64,000 bases of DNA, taken from Pristiophorus japonicus (taxonomy: Eukaryota). Of this stretch, positions 10,955-21,399 are shown piece after piece; positions within the stretch are counted from its first letter, which is position 1, and each line of letters opens with the position of its first letter. A program made the position numbers and the translations under genes. The stretch is from assembly GCF_044704955.1 (NCBI RefSeq), contig NC_091987.1, forward strand, positions 133,114,001-133,178,000, written 5' to 3'. The notes beneath the pieces were generated by a model. That model saw only the letters and a list, made by a program, of their open reading frames with translations. It was not told the DNA's origin and ran no database searches.

Positions 10955-11635
10955 AGTTGGCGAGAGGCGGGAGCAGCATCGGAGCAGCCTATAAAAGGCC
11001 CAGCGGGTGTTCCACAGGCAGCGGCAGTTGGTGAGAGGCGGGAGCAGCGTCGGAGCGGCCTATAAAGGCCCAGCGGGTGTTCCACAGGCAGCGGCAGTTG
11101 GTGAGAGGCGGGAGCAGCGTCGGAGCGGCCTATAAAGACCCAGCGGGTGTTCCACAGGCAACGGCAGTTGGTGAGAGGCAGAAGCAGCGTCAGAGCGGCC
11201 TATAAAGGCCCAGCGGGTGTTCCACAGGCAGCGGCAGTTGGTGAGAGGCGGGAGCAGTGTCGGAGCAGCCTATAAAGGCCCAGCGGGTGTTCCACAGGCA
11301 GCGGCAGTTGGTGAGAGGCGGGAGCAGTGTCGGAGCAGCCTATAAAGGCCCAGCGGGTGTTCCACAGGCAGCGGCAGTTGGTGAGAGGCGGGAGCAGTGT
11401 CGGAGCAGCCTATAAAGGCCCAGCGGGTGTTCCACAGGCAGCGGCAGTTGGTGAGAGGCGGGAGCAGCGTCGGAGCGGCCTATAAAGGCCCAGCGGGTGT
11501 GCCACAGGCAGCGGCAGTTGGTGAGAGGCGGGAGCAGCGTCGGAGCGGCCTATAAAGGCCCAGCGGGTGTTCCACAGGCAGCGGCAGTTGGTGAGAGGCG
11601 GGAGCAGCGTCGGAGAGGCCTATAAAGGCCCAGCT
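10955..11635 (+). repeat. 70-bp tandem monomers in the CR1 5' UTR, each containing a TATAAA box (consensus GGCCTATAAAGGCC)
   Basis: TATAAA at 10990, 11061, 11131, 11201, 11271, 11341, 11411, 11481, 11551 and 11621. Confidence 0.95.
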
Positions 11636-11818
11636 TGTGCAGCTGCAGCGGGGAGAGAAAGCAAAAAAGAAGTAGAAAGGAATCAAAAGGTGACGTCACA
11701 GCCAAGGGGGTAAGTGATTGGCTGGTGATTGGTGAGTAGCTTTTCTTTTTATTTTTTATATCAGTAAGTAAACTGTAACATTGTTGTTACCAATTTAAGG
11801 GTATCTAAGGGTTAAGGC

Positions 11819-12767
11819 ATGGCAGTAGAGCTCGGTCACGTGATATGCTCCTCCTGTACCATGTGGAAACTCAGGGACGCTTCCGGTGTCCCTGACGCCT
11901 ACGTGTGTGAGAAGTGTATCCGCCTCCATCTCCTGACGAACCGCGTTGCGGAATTGGAGCTGAGGGTGGATTCACTCTGGAGCATCCACGATGCTGAGAA
12001 TGACTTAAGTGGCATGTGTAGTGAGTTGGTCTTACCGCATGAGAAGGATCCACAGCCAGCTAGGGAATGGAAGACCAGCAGGAAGAGTAGTACAAAGAAA
12101 GTAGTGCAAGGGTCCCATCTGGTCATCCCCCTGCAAAACAGATACACTGCTTTGAGTGCTGTTGAGGGAGATGACTCATCAGGGGAGAGCAGCAGCAGCC
12201 AAGTTCATGGCACCGTGGCTGGCTTTGTTGTACAGGAGGGCATGAAAAAGAGTGGGAGAGCGATAGTGATGGGGGATTCAATCATAAGGGGAATAGATTG
12301 GCGTTTCTGCGGCCGCAATCGAGATTCCAGGATGGTATGTTGCCTCCCTGGTGCAAGGGTCAAGGATGTCTCCGAGCGAGTGTAGGACATTCTAAAAAGG
12401 GAGGGAGAGCAGCCAGTTGTCGTGGTGCACATTGGTACCAACGACATAGGTAAAAAAAAGGGATGAGGTCCTACGAGACGAATTTAAGGAGCTAGGAGCT
12501 AAATTAAAAAGTAGGACCTCAAAAGTAGTAATCTCGGGATTGCTACCAGTGCCACGTGCTAATCAGAGTAGGAATCGCAGGATAGCACAGATGAATACGT
12601 GGCTTGAGCAGTGGTGCAGCAGGGAGGGATTCAAATTCGTGGGGCATTGGAACAGGTTCTGGGGGAGGTGGGACCAGTACAAACTGGACGGTCTGCACTT
12701 GGGCAGGACCGGAACCAATGTCCTAGGGGGAGTGTTTGCTAGTGCTGTTGGGGAGGAGTTAAACTAA
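11819..12767 (+). pseudogene. CR1 ORF1 (CxxC/CxxC finger, leucine zipper, SGNH esterase) with a premature stop (12383-12385) and a frameshift (~12455)
   Basis: GDS, VVVHIGTND and DGLHL motifs; aligns with the intact ORF1 at 50579-51526. Confidence 0.9.
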
Positions 12768-12844
12768 TATGGCAGGGGGATGGGAACCAATACAGGGAGA
12801 CAGAGGGAAACAAAAAGGAGACAAAAACAAAAGACAGAAAAGAG

Positions 12845-15161
12845 ATGAGTAAAAGTGGAGGGCAGAGAAACCAAAGGCAAGAAACAAAAAAGGCCACTGA
12901 ATATAAAAGGGCTGCAAGAGGGATCAAAACTAAAAATCATGGTTTAAAAACTAGGATGAAAACACTCTACCTAAATACACGCAGCATTCGAAATAAAGTA
13001 AATGAGTTGACGGCACAAATCATTACAAATGGGTATGATTTGGTGGCCATTACAGAAACATGGTTGCAGGGTGGCCAAGACTGGGAATTAAACATACAGG
13101 GGTATCTGACGATTCAGAAAGATAGGCAAGAAGGGAAAGGAGGTGGGGTAGCTCTGTTAATAAAAGATGATATCAGGGCACTTGTGAGGGATGATATTGG
13201 CTCCAATGAAGAAAATGTTGAATCATTGTGGGTGGAGATTAGAAATAGTAAGGGGAAAAAGTCACTGGTCGGCGTAGTTTATAGGCCCCCAAATAATAAC
13301 TTCACGGTGGGGAAGGCAATAATCAAGGGAATAATGGAGGCATGTGAAAAAGGAACGGCAGTAGTCATGGGGGATTTTAACCTACATATCGATTGGTCAA
13401 ATCAAATCGCACGGGGTAGCCTGGAGGAGGAATTCATAGAATGCATACGGGATTGTTTCTTAGAACAGTATGTTACAGAACCTACAAGGGAGCAAGCTAT
13501 CTTAGATCTGGTCCTGTGTAATGAGACAGGAAAAATAAACGATCTCCTCGTAAAACATCCTCTCAGAATGAGTGATCACAATATGGTGGAATTTGTAATA
13601 CACATTCAGGATGAGGAAGTTGTGTCAGAAACGAGCGTACTATGCTTAAACAAAGGGGACTACAGTGGGATGAGGGCAGAGTTGGCTAAAGTAGACTGGA
13701 AACAAGGACTAAACAGTGGCACAATTGAGGAACAGTGGAGGACTTTTAAGGAGCTCTTTCATAGTGCGCAACAAAAATATATTCCAGTGAAAAAGAAGGG
13801 CGGCAAGAGAAGGGATAACCAGCCGTGGATAACCAAGGAAATAAAGGAAAGTATCAAATCAAAGACCAATGCGTATAAGGTGGCCAAGGTTAGTGGGAAA
13901 CTAGAGGATTGGGAAAATTTTAAGCAACAGCAAAGAATGACTAAAAAAGCAAAAAAGAAAGGGAAGATAGATTACGAAGGTAAACTTGCGCAAAACATAA
14001 AAACAGATAGTAAAAGCTTTTACAGATATATAAAACGGAAAAGAGTGACTAAAGTAAATATTGGTCCCTTAGAAGATGAAAAGGGGGATTTAATAATGGG
14101 AAATGTGGAAATGGCTGAGACCTTAAACAATTATTTTGCTTCGGTCTTCACAGTGGAAGACACAAAAACAATGCCAAAATTTGCAGGCCACAGGAATGTG
14201 GGAAGGGAGGACCTTGAGACAATCACTATCACTAGCGGGGTAGTGCTGGACAGGCTAATGGGACTGAAGGTAGACAAGTCCCCTGGTCCTGATGAAATGC
14301 ATCCCAGGGTATTAAAAGAGATGGCGGAAGTTATAGTAGATGCATTCGTTATAATCTATCAAAATTCTCTGGACTCTGGGGAGGTACCAGCGGATTGGAA
14401 AGCAGCTAATGTAACGCCTCTGTTTAAAAAAGGGGGCAGGCAAAAGGCAGGTAACTATAGGCCGGTTAGTTTAACATCTGGAGTGGGGAAAATGCTTGAA
14501 ACTATCATTAAGGAAGAAATAGCGGGACATCTAGATAGGAATAGTGCAATCAAGCAGACGCAGCATGGATTCATGAAAGGGAAATCATGTTTAACTAACT
14601 TCCTGGAATTCTTTGAGGATATAACGAGCATGGTAGATAGAGGTGTACCGATGGATGTGGTGTATTTAGATTTAAAAGGCATTCGATAAGGTGCCACACA
14701 AAAGATTACTGCAGAACATAAGGGTACGCGGAGTCAGAGGAAATGTATTAGCATGGATAGAGAATTGGCTGGCGAACAGAAAGCAGAGAGTGGGGATAAA
14801 TGGGTCCTTTTCCGGTTGGAAATCAGTGGTTAGTGGTGTGCCACAGGGATCAGTGCTCGGACCACAACTGTTTACAATATACATAGATGACCTAGAAGGG
14901 GGACAGAGTGTAGTGCAAGAAAATTTGCAGATGACACTAAGATTAGTGGGAAAGCGGGTTGTGTCGAGGACTCAGAGAGGCTGCAAAGAGATTTAGATAG
15001 GTTAAGCGAATGGGCTAAGGGTTTGGTAGATGGAATACAATGTCGGAAAGTGTGAGGTCATCCACCTTGGGAAAAAACACAGTAAAAGGGAATATTATTT
15101 GAATGGGGAGAAATTACAACATGCTGCGGTGCAGAGGGACCTGGGGGTCCTTGTGCATGAA
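12845..15161 (+). pseudogene. CR1 ORF2 5' part (APE endonuclease + most of RT), with frameshifts near 14675 and 14900
   Basis: ITETW, VYRPP, GDFN, SDH, KSPGPD, NYRPVSLTS and [10 protein letters not shown] motifs. Confidence 0.92.
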
Positions 15162-15374
15162 ACTCTTTTGAGTTTACCTGCAAAAACATAAACATTAAAA
15201 CCATGCCACCCGACCTGGGTGACACAGCAGCCATTTTCAAGGCCCCTTTTTTTTTTTGTTTTTTTGGGTTTTTTTGGGGCGCTAAAATCAAATTTTTCCA
15301 GTGCCCCCTATAAAAGGGGAGGGGGACACTAAAAGCACCGGCAATGAAAACAAATTAAACTTTAAAACGTAAAA

Positions 15375-18300
15375 TCAAATTAAAATTTGGTTGCCGGGCG
15401 TGATGATGCACTCCAGTCCCTCCGGTGCCCACCTCTCGCGGAAGGCCGCGAGCGTACCGGTGGACACCGCGTGCTCCATCTCCAAGAACACCCTGGACCG
15501 GATGTAAGAGCGGAAGAGAGGCAGGCAGTCAGGTTGAACGACCCCCTCGACCGCCCGCTGCCTGGACCGGCTGATGGCACCCTTGGCCGTGCCCAGGAGC
15601 AGTCCTACGAGGAGGCCTTCGGACCTACCCGCTCCCCTCCGCACAGGGTGCCCAAAGATCAGGAGAGTGGGACTGAAGTGCAGCCAGAATTTCAGGAGCA
15701 GCCCCTTCAAATAATGGAACAGGGGCTGCAACCTCGTGCACTCAATAAAAACATGGAACACGGACTCCTCCAGACCGCAGAAATTGCAGGCGGCCTGGGA
15801 GTCCGTGAACCGGCTTAAAAATTTGTTGCACGGCACTGCTCCGTGCACCACCCTCCAGGCCAAGTCCCCGATGAATAGTGGGAGGACCCCTGCGTAGAGT
15901 GCCCTCCATCGGGGACCCCCGCCTCCTCCGGACGGCAAGATGGTACGCCATGGCGTGTCCGGACGGCCGGCGAGGATGGCAAAGTTGAGGGTGTGCAGGA
16001 GCAGCCCATACAGGAAAACCCTCCGCGCGGAACTGAAAGGCACGGAGGGGATTTCTCCGAGGTGGCTCAAGTTGTGAGGCGCCGGCCCCCGAGGGAGGTT
16101 CCGGGGTTTGGCGCCGATGAGGAATTCCGTCCGGACGGGGGTCAGTTCGGACGGGATCTCCCCACGTGCTTGAGCCTCCTCGATGCACCTAACGGAGTCA
16201 GGGCCCAGAGCTGTTTTTAGCGGCTCGATGGCATCGGCCGCGTGGCGGACGTTGGCAGAGTTTAGGCGCCGCGCCAGCGTGTCTGGCGCCATCCAGCCCG
16301 CTCCTCCGCCATCGAGCAGGTCCCTGACCCTGGTCACCTCACCAGCCACAGCCCTCTCTTCCGACCGCCACATGAAACCTCGGCCGTGGAGGTACGGATT
16401 CCCGAGCAGCGGCTCCTGCAGGACGGCCGCCACTCCAGCCGGCGGAGAGCTGCGCTTGGTGGAGACTTTGTTCCAGACCCTGATGAGTTCCCTGTAAAAG
16501 ACAGGCAGCTCCCGGAGGGCGGTCCTGGCACCCCCCAAGTTCACAAACAGGAGCTGCGTGTCATAATTGAGGTCGCGCTGCTGGCGGAAGAAATACCTCA
16601 CCAGAGCACACCACCTAGGAGGGGGCTCGACGAAAAGGTATCTCTGCAGGGTCTGAAGACGGAAAGTCGCGAGCTGGGCGCTGACGCACACCAACGACTG
16701 ACCGCCCTCCTCAAGCGGGAGACTCAAGACCGCGGCAGAGACCCAGTGCTTCCTGTTGTTCCAGAAGAAGTCCACCAGCTTCTTCTGTATCTTGGCGACA
16801 AACGCAGGGGGAGGGGTCAAAGTGACCAGCCGGTACCACAGCATTGCGGCCACCAGCTGGTTTATGACTAGCGCTCGACCCCTGTAGGACAGCACTCGGA
16901 GCAGTCCTGTCCAGCGCCCTAGGCGAGCGGCGACCTTGGCCTCCAGCTCCTGCCAGTTCGCCGGCCAGGCTCCCTCGTCGGGGCTAAGGTAGACTCCCAG
17001 ATAGAGGAGATGGGTCGTGCTCCAGGCAAAAGGCCTGAGCTCCTCCGGCAGGGAGTCCACCCGCCACTGACCCACCAGGAGTCCGGAACATTTCTCCCAG
17101 TTGATCCTGGCGGAGGACGCGGCCGAGTAAATCTCCTGGCACTCACGCATTCTCCGCAGGTCAGCGGGATCTTCTACCGCGAGGAGCACGTCATCGGCGT
17201 AAGCCGAGAGGACGACCTCCACACCCGGCCCTTGCAGAGCCAGTCCCGTCAACCTCGTCCGCAAGAGGCGCAAGAAAGGCTCCACGCAAACGGCGTATAA
17301 CTGGCCGGACATGGGGCATCCCTGGCGCACCCCTCTCCTAAAGCGAAGCGGCGCCGTCAAGGACCCGTTAACCTTAATCAGACACTCCGCGGCGGCGTAC
17401 AAAAGTCGGATCCGGGCGACGAAATGCGTCCCGAACCCGAAAGCGCGCAGAGTTCCGAGCAGATAGTCATGATCCACCCTGTCGAACGCCTTCTCTTGGT
17501 CGAGGGATAGGAAGGCGACCGACAGACCAGCCTCCTGGGAACAATGGATGAGGTCCCGGACCAGATGGATGTTATCGTGGATTGTCCGGCCCGGGACCGT
17601 GTAGGACTGGTCGGGGTGGATCATGTGGTCCAGCACGGCACCAAGGCGAGCAGACATCGCCCTGGCGAAGATTTTGTAGTCCGTGCTGAGGAGGGAGACC
17701 GGGCGCCAGTTCTTAAGGAGGCGGAGATCGCCCTTCTTAGGCAGCAGGACGATGACTGCCCTGCGCCAAGAGAGGGGCATCTCACCGGTCGCCAGACTTT
17801 CCCCCAGGACCCGCGCGTAGTCGCTCCCCAGGACGTCCCAGAACGCCCTGTGGAACTCCACGGTCAGCCCGTCCAGCCCCGGGGATTTTCCCCTCGAGAG
17901 CCGGTCGAGGGCACCGGTCAGCTCCGCCAGGCTTAGCGGAGCTTCCAGATTTTCGGCGCCCTCCGGGCCGACCTGCGGCAGGTCCTCCCACAAAACTCTA
18001 CGCGCTTCCTCGCTGGACGGATCCGGAGAGAACAGAGCCCCGTAATATTCACGGGCCCTGTTGTTGACGCCCTCCGGATCCGAGACGAGAGAGCCGTCGT
18101 CGGCCAGCAGCGTCAAGAGCTGCTTACGGACACTCTGCCTTTTTTCCAGCGAGTAGAAGAAGGGGGAGCCGCGGTCCAGATCCCGCAGGATCCGGATCCG
18201 CGACCTCACGAACGCGCCTCGGGACCCGACGAGCTGCAGGTCCTTCAGCGCGGCCTTCTTCGCTTCGTACACCGTCCGCAGGGCCGGGTCCTGGACGACT

Positions 18301-19274
18301 TGACCGAGACGGGCTTCCAGGTCGAGCACCTCTTTTTCTAGGCGCCCGACTCTGGCCGCCCGCCTCTTGGTCGACCCCCTCGCGTACTCTTGACAGAAGA
18401 CGCGGACGTGAGCCTTGCCCACGTCCCACCATAGCCTCAAGGAGGGGAAGCCCCCCTGCTTCCTTCTCCAGTCGGACCAGAATCGACGGAACGAGTCCTG
18501 GAACCGCACTTCCTCCAGCAGCCGGTTGTTAAAGTGCCAGTACGTGGACCCCGTCCTCGCGCGGAGCGAAGCGAGCTCCGCCCACACCAGGTGGTGGTCC
18601 GAACACGGCACCGGCCGCATGGAGGCCGCCGGGACGCAGGAAACGTACGCCCGAGACACGTAAAGGCGGTCGACTCTAGACCACCCTACTCCAGGCCTCA
18701 CCCAAGTAAAGGCGCTGGAGTCGGGGTGGAGATTTCGCCAGACGTCCACCAAGTCGAAGGACCCGACCAGGTCCCTCAACTTCTCCATCGCCGTCATGCA
18801 CTGCGGGGCACCGGAGCGGTCCCTCGCCTCGAGGGTGCAGTTAAAATCCCCCCCGAGGACAATGCAGTCGCCGACGTCGACGGAGCCAAGAAGAGCGGAC
18901 ACCTCTTCAAAGAAGCGCGTTTGCTGCGGGCCGGGCTGAGGGGCATACACGTTCACGAGATGGAGCGGCACGTCCCCCAGGCGAACCGTTACGTGCAGCA
19001 AGCGGCCTGGCACGGGCTCCTCGACCCCCAAGATCTCCGGCTGAAAATGCGGGCCCAGTAAGGTGGCCACCCCACTAGAAATGGCGGTGAGGTGGCTCAT
19101 GCAGACCTCTCCTTGCCATTCCAGGAGCCACGTGGCTTCGTCTCCCGGAACGGTGTGGGTTTCTTGCAGGAAGCACACAGCATATTTCCCCTCCCGCAGG
19201 AGCGAAAAATTGTCAAATCTACGGCGTGCCCCTCTGCCGCCGTTGATGTTGAGGCTGGCTATGGTTATCTTCAT
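15375..19274 (-). CDS. Tx1 ORF2 (APE endonuclease - RT - C-terminal CCHC), apparently intact, 1299 aa from MKITIASLNING
   Basis: FLQETH, GGDFN, RVDRLY, SDH, LDQEKAFDRV, RQGCPMSG, YADD and CNFCG..ESVFHVFIEC motifs; no stops. Confidence 0.93.
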   Translation of the reverse strand: MKITIASLNINGGRGARRRFDNFSLLREGKYAVCFLQETHTVPGDEATWLLEWQGEVCMSHLTAISSGVATLLGPHFQPEILGVEEPVPGRLLHVTVRLGDVPLHLVNVYAPQPGPQQTRFFEEVSALLGSVDVGDCIVLGGDFNCTLEARDRSGAPQCMTAMEKLRDLVGSFDLVDVWRNLHPDSSAFTWVRPGVGWSRVDRLYVSRAYVSCVPAASMRPVPCSDHHLVWAELASLRARTGSTYWHFNNRLLEEVRFQDSFRRFWSDWRRKQGGFPSLRLWWDVGKAHVRVFCQEYARGSTKRRAARVGRLEKEVLDLEARLGQVVQDPALRTVYEAKKAALKDLQLVGSRGAFVRSRIRILRDLDRGSPFFYSLEKRQSVRKQLLTLLADDGSLVSDPEGVNNRAREYYGALFSPDPSSEEARRVLWEDLPQVGPEGAENLEAPLSLAELTGALDRLSRGKSPGLDGLTVEFHRAFWDVLGSDYARVLGESLATGEMPLSWRRAVIVLLPKKGDLRLLKNWRPVSLLSTDYKIFARAMSARLGAVLDHMIHPDQSYTVPGRTIHDNIHLVRDLIHCSQEAGLSVAFLSLDQEKAFDRVDHDYLLGTLRAFGFGTHFVARIRLLYAAAECLIKVNGSLTAPLRFRRGVRQGCPMSGQLYAVCVEPFLRLLRTRLTGLALQGPGVEVVLSAYADDVLLAVEDPADLRRMRECQEIYSAASSARINWEKCSGLLVGQWRVDSLPEELRPFAWSTTHLLYLGVYLSPDEGAWPANWQELEAKVAARLGRWTGLLRVLSYRGRALVINQLVAAMLWYRLVTLTPPPAFVAKIQKKLVDFFWNNRKHWVSAAVLSLPLEEGGQSLVCVSAQLATFRLQTLQRYLFVEPPPRWCALVRYFFRQQRDLNYDTQLLFVNLGGARTALRELPVFYRELIRVWNKVSTKRSSPPAGVAAVLQEPLLGNPYLHGRGFMWRSEERAVAGEVTRVRDLLDGGGAGWMAPDTLARRLNSANVRHAADAIEPLKTALGPDSVRCIEEAQARGEIPSELTPVRTEFLIGAKPRNLPRGPAPHNLSHLGEIPSVPFSSARRVFLYGLLLHTLNFAILAGRPDTPWRTILPSGGGGGPRWRALYAGVLPLFIGDLAWRVVHGAVPCNKFLSRFTDSQAACNFCGLEESVFHVFIECTRLQPLFHYLKGLLLKFWLHFSPTLLIFGHPVRRGAGRSEGLLVGLLLGTAKGAISRSRQRAVEGVVQPDCLPLFRSYIRSRVFLEMEHAVSTGTLAAFRERWAPEGLECIITPGNQILI

Positions 19275-19300
19275 GGCAAAAGCATAGTGCAACCTCTACC

Positions 19301-21399
19301 TTAACCTATTGTGGGGGAGGGAGCGGAGTCTTTTGTTGAACTCTGCTCCCTCCGCAGCCCAGCGAGGAGTCCCTCGAGCTCGCGCAGCTCAAGGTGTTGC
19401 GCCTTTGTCAAGGGCCCGCCCGCGGCCAAGGTTTTGACGGCGGCGCGGACGGACCCCTTGATCAGCTCTGGCTCGGACCATTTTTCCAGGGCCAGTCGGG
19501 CTTGGTTGCAGCGACCCCGGCTCTGGACCAAAAAGTCCCGGAGTTCCTTTGCAGGAATGAGGATGGTCTCGGCGGCGGCCGCGAGCAGATCCACCGCCTC
19601 GCTGGCGGTGGTCTCTAGGTCTTCACCCGCGTCCCCCACCGAGTCCCCGTCCTCCTCCGGGAGGTGGCCGCCAGCAGCCGGCCCATCGACCGCACAAGGT
19701 ACGGCAAATGAACCGGCCGCTCCAACCGGCCCTGGCTCTGCCCCGATCCCACCCCCAGGATCGTCGGCAGAGGAGTCCCCACTGGGCTCTTTTAAAAATG
19801 GTGCTGGGTCGGGAAATGACAGCGGAAGGGGTTCCCCCTCCGCCCCAGGAACTGGGGAACAAGGAGAGACCCGGCCATAGGAAATCCCCAGGCTCCCCAA
19901 GTGCACCAGCTCCAAAGTAAGGGGCGAGGGTGGGTGTTCCTCCCCCTCCCCGCTGCCACCCCCCGGCCCAGCATCTACAGTGTCATAAAAAACATTTGTT
20001 TCATTTTCTGCCGGGTCGAGCGACTCCCGGGGGAAGTTATGTATTGGCTGGGCGGGCTCAGGTTCGGCCTTTTCGGCCCCGCCCGCCTCAGTCCCCGGGA
20101 CGCCCGGCCCGGCGGCAATGCATTCCTCCGCGATCCCCATGCCCCCCACGACAGGCAGATCTTCCACGCCATCCCCGGGAGGCAGAGGCTGGGCAGCCTC
20201 GACTGTCTCACCCTCCCCGGGGACAGACTCCTCTCGCCTACGGCGCAGCTTGGGGGCGCTGGTGGGGGACGCGGGACACGCGGCGGGCACCGACTCCTCC
20301 GCGGAGGGATGTTGTTCCCCCTCCGCCTCAACGGAGCGGCGCCTCCTTTTGTTGCTGGAGGTGCGCTGAGGCAGGGAGACCTCCATGTCTGCCGAGGCCT
20401 CCCGCACCACCCCCCCTTTTCCTTTTCTTGCCCGCGCCCGAGCCCCTCTGTGGTATTGGTCAAGGGCTCAGGCACGGGCTCGGGGCACCCCGCGCTCGCC
20501 GGTGACTGGGTTGGGCTGAGCGCGGTGGTCAAATTGTCTGGCGCACTGAGGGGACCCGCCTCTGGATGTTTTGCCTTCTTCCGCGCCTTCTTTCCGGTCG
20601 GACGCTCTCCCTCCCCCCCTCCGGAGGCCCTGAAAACAAAGGCCTCCGGCGATGCCCGCGCACCCATGGCTCCCGGCACGCGGACGCAACTAGGGAGAGG
20701 GGTGGCGGCGGCGCCAGCCTTGGCCGCCTTCGGTGGTTTGGCGGCCTTGGAGGCGGGGCAGTTCTTGCGAATGTGCCCCACCTCCCTACAGGCATGGCAC
20801 CGCACGCCGTCCGACGTCCAGAAGACGCGGTAGGCAGTCCCCTCGTGCACCACATTAAAGTGCCCTTCCGTCATGTCCTCCCGCGCCAGCCGGACAAAGA
20901 GCTGGCGGCGGAAGGAGAACACGTGGCACAGGCTGTTCTCCCTGAGGCCGAGCGGTATGGGGTTGATCCCCGACCTTACCTCCCCCAGTTGGTGTAGGTG
21001 AGGGAGGAGGAGCTCAGCGGAAACAAATGGCGGGACGTTTGACACGATGACCCTCTGCGCGGTGGCCTCGAGAGAGTCCACCGGCAGGAACGTCCCGCCC
21101 ACCGTGAGCCCCTTTTCAAGGGCCAGGGACACCGCCCGCTCCGACCCCAGGAAGAAAACAGCCTTCCCAGACATCTTGGAGGCCGCGACAATGGCCGAGG
21201 GGCCGACTACCCCAGCCATCGCCCGCACGCACTCCTCAATGCTCATTGTGGGGTGAGTGTAGCTCTTGACCCCGTGTTTCCTGGTTATAAGTTGAAAAGG
21301 TGGCAGGGCAGCGGGTGGCGCAGGAGGTGCCGTGGAAGCGGTTGCCACCTGCGCATATGTCTTCGCTGGCCCTGCCACCGGCGTGGATGGGGTCGCCAT
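19301..21399 (-). pseudogene. Tx1 copy 1 ORF1 (CCHC knuckle, long Pro/Glu-rich C-terminal region) with one frameshift at ~20410
   Basis: CHACREVGHIRKNC knuckle; ORFs 19975-21402 and 19301-20410 join by a frameshift in a homopolymer run when compared with copy 2. Confidence 0.85.

Noticed and set aside
10955-11635. Regularly spaced repeats resembling a CRISPR array
   Set aside because: The units are fully tandem with no unique spacers, the context is eukaryotic, and they form a CR1 5' UTR.
15176-15184. The Tx1 3' end shares TTTGCAGGT with the CR1 sequence just downstream of the target (29537-29545), hinting at RNA-guided target pairing
   Set aside because: A 9-nt match could be chance, and its orientation does not fit simple TPRT priming; it needs family-level data.
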